64,000 nt of DNA from Chitinivibrionales bacterium. GTDB lineage: Bacteria > Fibrobacterota > Chitinivibrionia > Chitinivibrionales > WJKA01. The notes below the pieces were generated by a model, which saw only the letters and a list, made by a program, of their open reading frames with translations, was not told the origin of the DNA and searched no databases. The stretch covers positions 41,991 to 105,990 of the forward strand of contig JBBRUX010000008.1 of NCBI GenBank assembly GCA_038247415.1. Reading direction: 5' to 3'. Of the stretch, positions 41,212 to 52,546 are shown one piece after another. The position numbers and the translations under genes are program-made. Position 1 is the stretch's first letter, and each line of letters starts with the position of its first letter.

Positions 41212-42002
41212 CCACAAATCAATATCAATCCAGAGAAGGTCGAATTGTTTCGATCGTACAAGAAACTGCGCTCGATTGGACCTTTGGGGTTGCTCTGGAA
41301 CTCACGGCTGTGGGCGGGCAATTTGTTATGGTTTCGTTACCCGGAGTTGGTGAGGCGCCCATATCAATTAGTCAAGCAAATAAGGGATTCTTGTATCTCA
41401 CCATTCGCAATGTGGGGCGTGTAACTTCAAAAATATTTGAGCTTGCTATTGGGGATCTTCTTTTTATTCGGGGCCCATATGGCAATGGATTTGTTGTAGA
41501 TCGGTTTGCTAATGCTAATCTTATTGTTGTTGCAGGTGGAACAGGGCTTGCTCCGGTGCGGGGATTTATTAATGCATGTATACAATCCAAAAAAAACAAC
41601 ACCGAACTTCGCGTAATTGCTGGGTTTAAAAGTCCGGCAGATATTCTTTTTAAAGAAGATCTGGCTGTGTGGCAAACATCTGCACAAACCACTATTACAG
41701 TTGATAAGCCTGTTGACGGTTGGCAAGGCGAAACGGGCCTTGTGACAGAACATATTAAAAAGATTCACCCAGAAATAATTAAAAGCTCTTTGGCCATAGT
41801 TGTAGGACCTCCATTAATGATGAAGTTTGCTACCCTTATGCTTGTGGAGCAAGGTATGTCGCCAGACGCTCTTACGGTATCGTTTGAACGGAACATGAGC
41901 TGTGGTATTGGTAAATGTGGTCATTGTAAAATTGATAGCACGTACGTCTGCCTCGATGGCCCAGTTTTTTCGTATGTAACTGCACGTCATCTTATCGATT
42001 GA
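41208..42002 (+). CDS. asrB: Anaerobic sulfite reductase subunit B
   Basis: GEAPIS, RGPYGNGF, GGTGLAP, ERNMSCGIGKCGHC, CLDGP. Confidence 0.92.
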   Translation: MTTNQYQSREGRIVSIVQETALDWTFGVALELTAVGGQFVMVSLPGVGEAPISISQANKGFLYLTIRNVGRVTSKIFELAIGDLLFIRGPYGNGFVVDRFANANLIVVAGGTGLAPVRGFINACIQSKKNNTELRVIAGFKSPADILFKEDLAVWQTSAQTTITVDKPVDGWQGETGLVTEHIKKIHPEIIKSSLAIVVGPPLMMKFATLMLVEQGMSPDALTVSFERNMSCGIGKCGHCKIDSTYVCLDGPVFSYVTARHLID

Positions 42003-42013
42003 GAGTATTACCT

Positions 42014-43000
42014 ATGATACATGATATTGATCGCAAGCCAACAATAAAAAATGCCTGGAGAATTACGCGCGATAGAGACAAAACTTGTTTGCGCATTCGT
42101 GTTCCCGGTGGCCATCTTAAAACACGCTATCTGGCACTTATTCAAACAATTGCAGACACATATGGCAATGGGACTCTGCATTTGACAACCCGTCAAGGAT
42201 TTGAAATCCCGGGCATTAAATGGGAACATCGCGAGGCAATTAATGCACTTCTAAAGCCTCTGGTTACCGAACTTGCCGGCAGCGATATCGCTTTGCAGGG
42301 TGGGTATCCTGCAGCAGGAACGCGCAATATATCTGCATGTATTGGTAGCAGAGTATGCCCTTTTGCAAATGATGATACAACCCGCATTGCACTGGAAATA
42401 GAGCATGCGATATATCCGCATGATTTTCATTTTAAAGTTGCTGTTACGGGGTGCCCTAACGATTGTATCAAGGCTCATATGCAAGATTTTGGTATTATCT
42501 GCATGACCCTTCCGCAGTATAATCAGGAGCGTTGTATAAGTTGCAGCGCCTGCGTGGATGTATGCAAAAAAAAGGTTACTAATGCATTGTCAATAGAAAA
42601 TTTTGATGTTGTGCGCAATCCAGCCCGATGTATAGGCTGTGGCGAATGCGTTCTTGTGTGTCCGAGCAGAGCCATGACGCGTCATGAAACTCATTTTTAT
42701 CGATTAGTTATTATGGGCAGAACCGGCAAAAAAAATCCTCGAATTGCCGCCACGTTTCTTAAATGGGCAACACTCGATGTTGTTACATCCGTTATTAAAA
42801 ATACGTATGAATTTGTCGATAGATACATCGACAGAACGATTGCGAAAGAACATATTGGTTATATTGTCGATCGTCAGGGATTTTCTGTTTTTATGGAAGA
42901 GGTTTTGCGCAATGTAAATCTTAATTCCGACATTAAAATCGCTTCTGACTTGACCTGGTCGGGGTATCGGTATGCAGATGATGAAACTCTTTTAGTATAG
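42014..43000 (+). CDS. asrC: Anaerobic sulfite reductase subunit C
   Basis: RIRVPGG, TTRQG, RNISACIGSRVC, TGCPNDC (siroheme/4Fe-4S), two ferredoxin motifs. Confidence 0.93.
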   Translation: MIHDIDRKPTIKNAWRITRDRDKTCLRIRVPGGHLKTRYLALIQTIADTYGNGTLHLTTRQGFEIPGIKWEHREAINALLKPLVTELAGSDIALQGGYPAAGTRNISACIGSRVCPFANDDTTRIALEIEHAIYPHDFHFKVAVTGCPNDCIKAHMQDFGIICMTLPQYNQERCISCSACVDVCKKKVTNALSIENFDVVRNPARCIGCGECVLVCPSRAMTRHETHFYRLVIMGRTGKKNPRIAATFLKWATLDVVTSVIKNTYEFVDRYIDRTIAKEHIGYIVDRQGFSVFMEEVLRNVNLNSDIKIASDLTWSGYRYADDETLLV

Positions 43001-43015
43001 TGTTGGGAGGCTTTT

Positions 43016-43474
43016 GTGCAGGAAATATTTGGTCTTGATGATTTATTGCATACTCTTGTTTCGCTTGAGGAATTGGGCAACAAACTGTACATTGCCTTGG
43101 CAGAAAAAACATCCGATGCAAAGGCAAAAAGCTTATTTAGTTTTCTTTCAGAACAAGAAAACATGCACCGCGAGCGCTATAGCGCTATGCTTGATAAACA
43201 CGAAATGACTCTACCCGATGATTCCGATTATTCGAGCTATATAAAGGTACTTGTCGAGTCTACCTTCAGTTTGCTCCAGGTAACCCCGGGTGAAAAAACA
43301 GTTGCCGAAGCTTTGTCTATTGGTATGCAACTCGAAAAAGAAACGATACTTTTTTTAAGCGAGATTTGTGCAATGGTTGGTGCAATACAATCAAAGCCTT
43401 TACAAGATATTATCCTTCAAGAGCGGGGGCATTTGAGGATTCTTGTTGAATTTAGCCAGAAACATAAAATGTAA
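43016..43474 (+). CDS. Ferritin-like/rubrerythrin-family protein
   Basis: EE.G..LY, EQENMH, LEKETI, QERGH. Confidence 0.8.
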   Translation: MQEIFGLDDLLHTLVSLEELGNKLYIALAEKTSDAKAKSLFSFLSEQENMHRERYSAMLDKHEMTLPDDSDYSSYIKVLVESTFSLLQVTPGEKTVAEALSIGMQLEKETILFLSEICAMVGAIQSKPLQDIILQERGHLRILVEFSQKHKM

Positions 43475-43750
43475 GACAAGGTTTTTTTTGATCAAGCTTT
43501 AAATGATTCGCTTGGGAGTCCTTATAATAGAGCTCTTATAAATCTTGAATTTGGGCAACCTTATACTATATCTCTTGTAAATTCAGAATCTGGGCGCCAC
43601 GGTTGCCACCCTTCCTTATGGCGCCCGAAGGTGTGAGGCCTGACAGCGAAGCTGGGACGCCCAAAATCTTACTGAGTAATTCTTGGAAAAACCAATAAAA
43701 GTCCCCCTATTTTTGAACTTATCCCCCTCCATACTGTATATTTGAACAGT

Positions 43751-45835
43751 ATGCAAGAATATCTAAAAACCCTCAATCCAGAGCAATTAGACGCGGTCAC
43801 GTATGGTGTGACGGCTGATTCGATTATTGGGGGACCGTTGCTTATTATAGCGGGGGCGGGGAGTGGGAAAACCAATACGCTCGCATATCGAGTTGCGCAT
43901 CTGATTAATTCTGGTGCCGATCCGCAAAAAATAGCACTCCTTACATTTACCCGCAGAGCCGCCGAAGAAATGACGCGGAGGGCAACAAAAATTCTTGTGC
44001 TTGCTCAAAAAGCCGCCGAGAATTCCGACAAACCTAAGCCGTCAATAACCGCAACGCTTTCTTGGGCTGGAACCTTTCACTCGATTGCAAATCGGCTTTT
44101 GCGTATGTATGCCGATCAGATCGGTTTGGATCAATCGTTTACTGTTTTGGATAGATCCGATGCGGGCGATCTTATGAATAAGCTTCGTCATGACCTGGGG
44201 TTTGCAAAAACGAATGCCCGATTTCCCAAAAAAGATACCTGCTTAGACATTTACTCGTATAGTGTAAATGCTCAGTGCACACTCGATAACGCTTTAAAAG
44301 ATGTGTATCCGTGGTGCTATGCTTGGGAGAAAGAACTGAAGGTTCTTTTTAAGAAATATGCCGATACCAAAAAAGCAATGAATATCATGGATTACGACGA
44401 TCTTTTGCTGTATTGGTATTTTATGATGCAGCAGCCTTCTATTGCTATCTCTGTAGGTAAACGATTTGATCATATTCTTATAGACGAATATCAGGATACG
44501 AATACCTTGCAAGCTGGCATAGTAAAGGGAATCAAGCCCGATGGTATGGGGGTTACGGTGGTTGGCGATGATGCGCAATCTATTTATTCGTTTAGGTCGG
44601 CATCGGTAAAAAACATTCTGGAATTTGATACTCACTATTCTCCTCATGCGCATCGAGTAACGCTCGAAAAAAATTATCGGTCAACCGTGCCCATCCTCGA
44701 TGCTTCCAATGCTGTGATGGGTGCTGCAAAGCATCGGTTTACTAAGAATCTTTTTTCCGAAAAGCAATCGTTTGAAAAGCCCTATCTTACCACAACAGAA
44801 GATGAGTCGTTTCAGGCAGAGCATGTTGCCATAAAGATTTTAGAATACCGCGAAACGGGGATACCTCTCAAAGACCAGGCCGTATTATTTCGATCGTCGC
44901 ATCATAGTGCGCTGCTCGAAGTTGAACTTGGCAAAAGGAATATTCCTTTTATTAAATTTGGGGGGCTAAAATTTTTAGAATCGGCCCATATAAAAGATGT
45001 GGTATCTGCACTGCGATGGGCAGAAAACCCTAAAGATGCAATCGCCTCATTTCGTGTTTTACAAATTCTAGAAGGCATTGGACCTGCGGCTGCCATGAAG
45101 ATCCTTTCGTTTTTAGAGTCGCATAGTTTTGATGTTGCAATGCTTATTACTCTTGTTCCGCCATCTGCTACTCAAAACAGTTGGCCTGCGCTGTGTAAAC
45201 TTCTTGCATTGTTGCGAAATGCGGCCACGCCCTGGATAGGACAGGTTGAGCTTGTTAGGCAGTGGTATGCACCGCATTTAGAGAGGATTCATGGGGCGAA
45301 TCCTTCTCGTTTAAAAGATCTCGACCAACTCGTTGCAATTTCGGCAACATTTCCGACCCGGGAAAAATTTCTTTCTGAGTTGTCGCTTAATCCACCCGAT
45401 GTGACAAGCGATGAAGCCGACGACCCACTTTTGGACGAAGATTATTTGATATTGTCAACAATCCATTCTGCAAAAGGTCAGGAGTGGAAAACGGTGTTTA
45501 TACTTAACGTGTGCGATGGGATGATTCCCTCGGATATGGCCACAAAAAACGAGGAACAGATAGAAGAAGAACGAAGGCTTTTGTATGTGGCAATGACCCG
45601 TGCCAAAGACCATCTTCACTTAAGTTATCCATCGCGATTTTATAGCTATGGATTTAAACATGTGCGTGCAGATAGAAATGCCTATGCTATAAGGTCAAGA
45701 TTTATCACGAACGAAATGCTCCCGTTTTTTAATCAAGATTCGTATGGCAGAGAGGTAAACCAAGATATTCAAGACGCACAGGGTGGGAAATCGAGCGTGG
45801 ATATTTCGGCTTTGGTGAGTGGAATGTGGGATTAG
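43751..45835 (+). CDS. UvrD/Rep/PcrA-family helicase
   Basis: AGAGSGKT, GTFH, DEYQD, VGDDAQSIY, NYRS, TIHSAKG, EERRLLYVAMTRA. Confidence 0.95.
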   Translation: MQEYLKTLNPEQLDAVTYGVTADSIIGGPLLIIAGAGSGKTNTLAYRVAHLINSGADPQKIALLTFTRRAAEEMTRRATKILVLAQKAAENSDKPKPSITATLSWAGTFHSIANRLLRMYADQIGLDQSFTVLDRSDAGDLMNKLRHDLGFAKTNARFPKKDTCLDIYSYSVNAQCTLDNALKDVYPWCYAWEKELKVLFKKYADTKKAMNIMDYDDLLLYWYFMMQQPSIAISVGKRFDHILIDEYQDTNTLQAGIVKGIKPDGMGVTVVGDDAQSIYSFRSASVKNILEFDTHYSPHAHRVTLEKNYRSTVPILDASNAVMGAAKHRFTKNLFSEKQSFEKPYLTTTEDESFQAEHVAIKILEYRETGIPLKDQAVLFRSSHHSALLEVELGKRNIPFIKFGGLKFLESAHIKDVVSALRWAENPKDAIASFRVLQILEGIGPAAAMKILSFLESHSFDVAMLITLVPPSATQNSWPALCKLLALLRNAATPWIGQVELVRQWYAPHLERIHGANPSRLKDLDQLVAISATFPTREKFLSELSLNPPDVTSDEADDPLLDEDYLILSTIHSAKGQEWKTVFILNVCDGMIPSDMATKNEEQIEEERRLLYVAMTRAKDHLHLSYPSRFYSYGFKHVRADRNAYAIRSRFITNEMLPFFNQDSYGREVNQDIQDAQGGKSSVDISALVSGMWD

Positions 45836-45840
45836 GGTAA

Positions 45841-47076
<1,236 letters not shown>

Positions 47077-47077
47077 C

Positions 47078-48034
47078 ATGCAAGAACACTTAGAAGCAGC
47101 TGCAAAAATCGCCCTTTCCGAATGCCTCAATTTAGGCCGAACGGAAAGGCTTCTTGTCGTATGCGATCCGCCCTGTTTCGATATAGGCAATGCCTTTTGG
47201 CAGGTGGGGCGCACGCGTTGCCGTGAAGCCGTCATGGTACAAATTGCACCACGTAAACAAAATGGTAACGAGCCCCCAGAGCCTGTTGGTGAATGGTTTT
47301 CGCAATTCGATGTTGCCGTCATGCCTACATCTAAGTCGCTCTCGCATACCGAAGCCCGGCGCAAGGCGTGTGCTGCAGGAACGCGTATTGCGACCTTACC
47401 AGGTATAACCAACGATTCTTTTTTGCGTACCATGCAAACCGACTGGGAACGGCTTGGCGTTCTTACGCGTAAAGTGGCAGCGCAACTCTCCGCTGCAAAA
47501 AAAGTGCGCGTACACACCGCTAAAGGTACCGATATAACCTTTCAGACCGGTGGTAGGGTTGCTAAACCCGATGATGGTCGCATAAATTCCAAGGGAGCTT
47601 TTGGCAATCTGCCCGCAGGTGAAGCGTTTTTGGCACCACTCGAAGGAACTGCCGAAGGGGTAATTGTGTTTGATGGATCATTTCCCCTTTGTGGAGTGCT
47701 ACAGGAGCCGCTTATTCTCAAGGTTAAAAAAGGGCGTGTCAGCAGTATTGGTGCTCATGCCGTGTGTACAGAACTCGAAGAATTATTTGCAATGTATAAA
47801 GCTCCCTCGCGTACCATTGCCGAATTTGGTGTTGGTACTCTTGATGTTGCTCGCATAACGGGCACTATTTTGGAAGATGAAAAAGTGAAGGGAACGGTTC
47901 ATCTTGCTCTGGGGGATAATGCATCTATGGGAGGCACTGTTCATGTTCCCATGCACCTCGACGGTATCATTATGCAACCCGATGTGTATCTCGATGATAT
48001 TCTATGGATGCAAAACGGCAGCCTCGTTTCTTAA
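47078..48034 (+). CDS. M29-like metallo-aminopeptidase
   Basis: SLSHT, GNLPAGE, IAEFGVG, LEDEK..GTVHLALG, HLD. Confidence 0.88.
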   Translation: MQEHLEAAAKIALSECLNLGRTERLLVVCDPPCFDIGNAFWQVGRTRCREAVMVQIAPRKQNGNEPPEPVGEWFSQFDVAVMPTSKSLSHTEARRKACAAGTRIATLPGITNDSFLRTMQTDWERLGVLTRKVAAQLSAAKKVRVHTAKGTDITFQTGGRVAKPDDGRINSKGAFGNLPAGEAFLAPLEGTAEGVIVFDGSFPLCGVLQEPLILKVKKGRVSSIGAHAVCTELEELFAMYKAPSRTIAEFGVGTLDVARITGTILEDEKVKGTVHLALGDNASMGGTVHVPMHLDGIIMQPDVYLDDILWMQNGSLVS

Positions 48035-48043
48035 GGACGTGAC

Positions 48044-48451
48044 ATGGGTGGAATTGATGAAATTCTTGAGCATCTCAATAAGCATGGAACCATTTCCAAA
48101 GATGCACAAGGTGAGGGCCGCGCAAAAAAACAGTCCAAACCTCTCACGCGCAATCGCGCTTCTACGCGCCAAACTATCGATCTCCATGGATTGACAGAAG
48201 ATAAAGCAATCGTGCAACTTCGCAATGCAGTGCATGCGGCTTCCCGAAACGGTGTTTCGGAGCTTTTGGTTATTCATGGGTATGGTTTACATTCCGATCC
48301 TGTGAATGGGCCCGTTCTAAAAAGAATGGTAGGAATAATGCTTGAAAATGAACTGGCACACCATGTGAAAGAATATATTCCAGCACCTGCCCGCGATGGG
48401 GGAATGGGTGCAACACTTGTACGCATAAAACATCGTGCACACTGTCACTAG
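48044..48451 (+). CDS. Stand-alone Smr-domain protein
   Basis: IDLHG, VIHGYG, GGMGATLV. Confidence 0.9.
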   Translation: MGGIDEILEHLNKHGTISKDAQGEGRAKKQSKPLTRNRASTRQTIDLHGLTEDKAIVQLRNAVHAASRNGVSELLVIHGYGLHSDPVNGPVLKRMVGIMLENELAHHVKEYIPAPARDGGMGATLVRIKHRAHCH

Positions 48452-48460
48452 AAAATCATT

Positions 48461-49459
48461 ATGCAGGTATTATTAATTCGTTTTTCTTCGATGGGGGATG
48501 TTGTATTAGCGTCCGCGGTAGTATCATGGTTTTCGAGGCACCAGCCCGATGCAGACATTACTCTTTGCACGCGCAAAGATTATATCCTTTTTTTTGAAAA
48601 CGACGCGCGCATTCGCACGGTTGTTGCCTACGAAGAAATACTGCTCTCCGAAAACACAGCGAAGCTACGCGATATTGCCTGGGATCAGATTATAGATCTC
48701 CAAAATAATCATGCGTCAAACCGATTATGCAAAACCCTCACCTGTACCGGGCACATCTCCCGCTTTGATAAGCTTCATTGGCTTCGCTTTTGTTTACTAT
48801 ATGTGCGGCTCGATTTTTATAAAAGCGCTCCCAATGTTTTGCAGCGGTATGGTGCTGCCGCGAATATCCCCACCCAAGCAGTGCTACAACCAACTATCTA
48901 CCTCGACACATCTGAGCATTTGCCGGGAATATTTACTCATTGGCATGTTGCATCAAATCCGCTTCTGGTTCTTATTCCTTTTACTGCATGGAAGAATAAG
49001 GAATGGCCTCTGGAATATTTTGCAAGCGTTGGTAAAACGTTTGCCGACAAAGGATACCAGATTGCTCTTCTTGGGAGTAAATGTGAACAGGATAAAGCAC
49101 TTCAGCTTGCCCGACTTATTGGATCTGCATGCAAATCATTTGCCGGTGAACTATCTCTCATGCAATGCGCCAAACTTATGGCGACTGCAACTATTGGCCT
49201 TGGCGGGGATACCGGTCTTGTGCATTTAGGCAGGGCTGTAGGTTTACGATGCGGAGTAGTTTACGGATCTACAACCCGGCACTTCGGCTTTTTCCCAACA
49301 GGCCTTCCAGAAGGCGCTATTTTTGAAACCCCTCTAATCTGCCGGCCTTGTCATCCGCACGGCGGGGATTTCTGTATTCGACTCAAACGGCCATGCCTTG
49401 GCAAAATTTCCCCTCAAATCGTTACTGAAGGACTTGTTGCTCTTGCTGCCTTGAGGTAA
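48461..49459 (+). CDS. GT9 (heptosyltransferase-like) glycosyltransferase
   Basis: RFSSMGDV, DLQ, KEWP, DTG..H, CRPC. Confidence 0.9.
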   Translation: MQVLLIRFSSMGDVVLASAVVSWFSRHQPDADITLCTRKDYILFFENDARIRTVVAYEEILLSENTAKLRDIAWDQIIDLQNNHASNRLCKTLTCTGHISRFDKLHWLRFCLLYVRLDFYKSAPNVLQRYGAAANIPTQAVLQPTIYLDTSEHLPGIFTHWHVASNPLLVLIPFTAWKNKEWPLEYFASVGKTFADKGYQIALLGSKCEQDKALQLARLIGSACKSFAGELSLMQCAKLMATATIGLGGDTGLVHLGRAVGLRCGVVYGSTTRHFGFFPTGLPEGAIFETPLICRPCHPHGGDFCIRLKRPCLGKISPQIVTEGLVALAALR

Positions 49460-49731
49460 AGCTATCCAGCCTATATCGTAGTATCTTTGTTTCAATCCAA
49501 TCAAGATCGCTTTTTTTTCTGCCTATTGACATAAAATTGGGATGTGCTTCTTACTCAGGGAGGCAAGGTTTAATAAATTGTATACATGAGGATAATTGAT
49601 GTAATTTACTTTTATGGATATAATTAGGTGACAGAGCATTGCGGTGCCAAAAATAGGATAAAAAGGGCAGTTGTTATAGCACACTGCTGGGCATTTGTAT
49701 TAAATGGGGTAGGATATCAAGCGATGCGAAC

Positions 49732-49892
49732 ATTGTCTGAACACCCCGGTGGGCGCCCGAAGGAAGTACTCTTGGGGTATGTTCCGCTGCGTCGCACGAT
49801 TTACTTGATTACAGGATGGACACGATTAAGAGTATATCAATTTAAGTTCTAATCCTGTTAATCTAAAAATCCTGAAATCGTGTTTAGACAAT
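49732..49892. repeat. Palindromic element, copy 3, with GC-rich internal insert
   Basis: Terminal inverted repeats ATTGTCTGAACAC / GTGTTTAGACAAT (1 mismatch); GATT/AATC arms. Confidence 0.7.
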
Positions 49893-49972
49893 GAGGTTAT
49901 GCAGGAATATTCTTCCAGTCCTAGTATAGTCTTCAAAGTAGTTTCATTAGGATACAAAAAAAGGACAGCACA

Positions 49973-50314
49973 ATGGGATTAAAGGCATTAATTAGTGGAA
50001 AAGCCATTAAGGTATACATAAACGCCAAATATCTTAAAGGAATAGGCAAAATGTCAAGTATTGACATTGATAGCGTACAGAAGGTGATCCGATGTTCATT
50101 TGATCTTGAGGGAGAAAAAGAACCTATTGATGCAGAAATTGCGTATAGTTTAGACCGAACTGGTACAAAGGGTATTACGCTCAACATTGAACATATAAAA
50201 GCATCAAGGTTGTGGATTGAAGAATTGTTCAACAATTTTGTTCCCAAAAGCAAACGTATTATTCCATTGCTAGAGCCTCTCGCAACAGTCGTTAATGCTA
50301 CTCATGTGCTCTGA
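49973..50314 (+). CDS. Hypothetical protein
   Basis: 113-aa ORF with AAGGA RBS; AT-rich; no recognised motif. Confidence 0.65.
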   Translation: MGLKALISGKAIKVYINAKYLKGIGKMSSIDIDSVQKVIRCSFDLEGEKEPIDAEIAYSLDRTGTKGITLNIEHIKASRLWIEELFNNFVPKSKRIIPLLEPLATVVNATHVL

Positions 50315-50466
50315 TTTCTTGGTCTCTATTTTACAAATATGAAGCGATGTATCAGATACTCCACAAAAGCTATTGATTTTTCATACCCTAAAGTATAATG
50401 AATATGGAAACGCTATCTTCATATTCGGTTCAAATTAGGAATTACCAACTCCATACATAGTGATCT

Positions 50467-51318
50467 CTGCGCATAATTAAACGGTACTTTTCACAACCTG
50501 GCCTGAGTTTTTTCCTATTTGGCCCTCGCGGAACCGGGAAATCCACATGGTTACGGCACACCTATCCGAATGCGATGGCGATCAATTTATTGGAGGCTGA
50601 TACGGTGCGGGAATATTCCGCGCGTCCCGAAAGGTTGGTTGCGGCAATTGGCGCACACCCCGAATCGCGGACTATTATTATTGATGAAATTCAAAGGGAG
50701 CCCAAACTTCTTTCCGTGGCTCATCAGCTGATCGAAGAACATCCTGGCACCCAGCTTATTCTTACTTGGTCAAGCGCCAGAAAACTCAAGCGCTCGGGTG
50801 TTGGCCTGCTTGCAGGACGCGCGCTCAACAAGTTTATGCATCCCTTTATGGCGTCTGAGCTTGGCGATGCGTTCGATTTGCAAGCGGCGCTTCTTCAGGG
50901 GCTGGTTCCTATTGTTGTTGCTGCGCTAGATCAGGCGGAAGTGCTGAAAACCTATATTGATATTTACATAAAAGAAGAAGTGAAATCCGAAGGACTGGTA
51001 GCCCAACACCTTCGTGCATGGTTAGAGTATAGTGGAAACAACGCGACAATGCACTACTGGCGAACACCCGCGGGCAATGAAGTTAATTTTGTGATCTACG
51101 GAGAGGAATGTTTCTATGCGCTTGAAGTCAAAGCCTCTGACCGGATTAAACCGCAGGATATGAAAGCACTGCATGCTTTTAAAAATGATTATCCGCAGTG
51201 TACCCCCGTACTGATTTACATGGGAAAAGAACGATTTCTTGTCAATGGGGTACTCTGTGTTCCCTGTAGAGACTTTCTGCTTTCGATTGTGCCGGGAAAA
51301 AAACTGGTACCAGTGTAG
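50467..51318 (+). pseudogene. Degraded AAA_14/DUF4143 ATPase
   Basis: In-frame FLFGPRGTGKST (codons 50512-50547) has no canonical start before stops at 50458/50461; IDEIQ Walker B; LTWSS instead of LTGSS; apparent internal deletion. Confidence 0.75.
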
Positions 51319-51584
51319 CCCTGTTAGTCAATGAACAATGAAATGATAGGTGCTGCTTCAAGTATTTCCCTTTAGCGAAGAGCCGTAAGGGAGTATCGCG
51401 AGATGCCCTTATTGCAATACGCCCTTACAGGACACATCCGTCGGTGTGACACAAACCAAGCAAAATCCTTCTCAATCAGAGAATAAAATCTACTAATTGA
51501 GAAAAATCCAACAATTAAAGTTGTAAATCCCCCTAAAACACTCGCATATCCCTTTAAAAAATGATAAATAGGTTTTGGAAACAT

Positions 51585-51600
51585 TGGCACTCCCTTTGCA
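51585..51600 (+). promoter_or_regulatory. Sigma-54 promoter upstream of sod
   Basis: TGGCAC-TCCCT-TTGCA, consensus match. Confidence 0.75.
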
Positions 51601-51670
51601 ATAGTTACATGTATTGGAACTGATCTAACCGTAGATCTTGGTAATAGTGTTTTTTGCAAGGAGAATTTGT

Positions 51671-52243
51671 ATGGGTCATATACTGCCCGATTTACCGTAT
51701 AGCAAGTCTGCGCTGGCTCCGTATATTTCGGAGGAAACAATCGAATTTCATTATGGTAAACATCATAATGCGTATGTCACAAACCTTAATAAGCTTATTG
51801 TGGGCACAGAGTTTGAAAATGCGAAGCTCGAGGATATCTGCGCAAAGGCAAAGGGTCCCATTTTTAACAATGCTGCGCAGCATTGGAATCATATCATGTA
51901 TTGGAAGTGTATGATCCCGGGAGGTAGTGGAGAACCATCGGGCAAAACAGGTGATTTGATTACCAAGAATTTTGGATCTTTTGCGCAATTTAAAGAGAAG
52001 TTTATTGCTACAGCGCTAACCCATTTTGGATCGGGATGGGCTTGGCTTGTCAAGAAAGACGATGTGCTGACAATAGAAAATACGATTAATGCTGCGATGC
52101 CTTTTGAAGATGGCAAAAAACCAATTTTAGCGTGTGATATCTGGGAGCACTCTTATTATATCGATTATCGGAATAATAGAGGCGCCTATCTTGAGTCGTT
52201 TTTGAAGGTTGTAAACTGGAATCATGTTGAGAGTCTTGTCTAA
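51671..52243 (+). CDS. sodB: Superoxide dismutase, Fe/Mn family (Fe-type signature)
   Basis: HYGKHH, FNNAAQHWNH, FGSGWAWL, DIWEHSYY. Confidence 0.95.
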   Translation: MGHILPDLPYSKSALAPYISEETIEFHYGKHHNAYVTNLNKLIVGTEFENAKLEDICAKAKGPIFNNAAQHWNHIMYWKCMIPGGSGEPSGKTGDLITKNFGSFAQFKEKFIATALTHFGSGWAWLVKKDDVLTIENTINAAMPFEDGKKPILACDIWEHSYYIDYRNNRGAYLESFLKVVNWNHVESLV

Positions 52244-52273
52244 TCAGAATATTGTTCTCTCTATTATTTCAAT

Positions 52274-52308
52274 GCCTGCGTAACAGCTCAGTTGCGTAGG
52301 CTTTTTTT
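52274..52308 (+). terminator. Rho-independent terminator after sod
   Basis: GCCTGCGTAAC-loop-GTTGCGTAGGC followed by T7. Confidence 0.8.
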
Positions 52309-52546
52309 ACATGCCGGAAAGGGCGAGAACGGTAGAGTGGTTCCTTGTGCAGTGGATTGTGGAGTTTCTGCTAAAAAGGTATAGAGTCTTTTGGCAGGAT
52401 CGGAAAATGTTGCGTCGGTGAAAGGATGTTTTTAAAAATGCTTTAAATGAGTATGCATACAATGAAAAAGGCTCCCAAACAAATACGTTTGAGAGCCTTT
52501 GAATAAGCTGCTGAATACATCGAAAAATCAAACTTCCATTAGTTCC

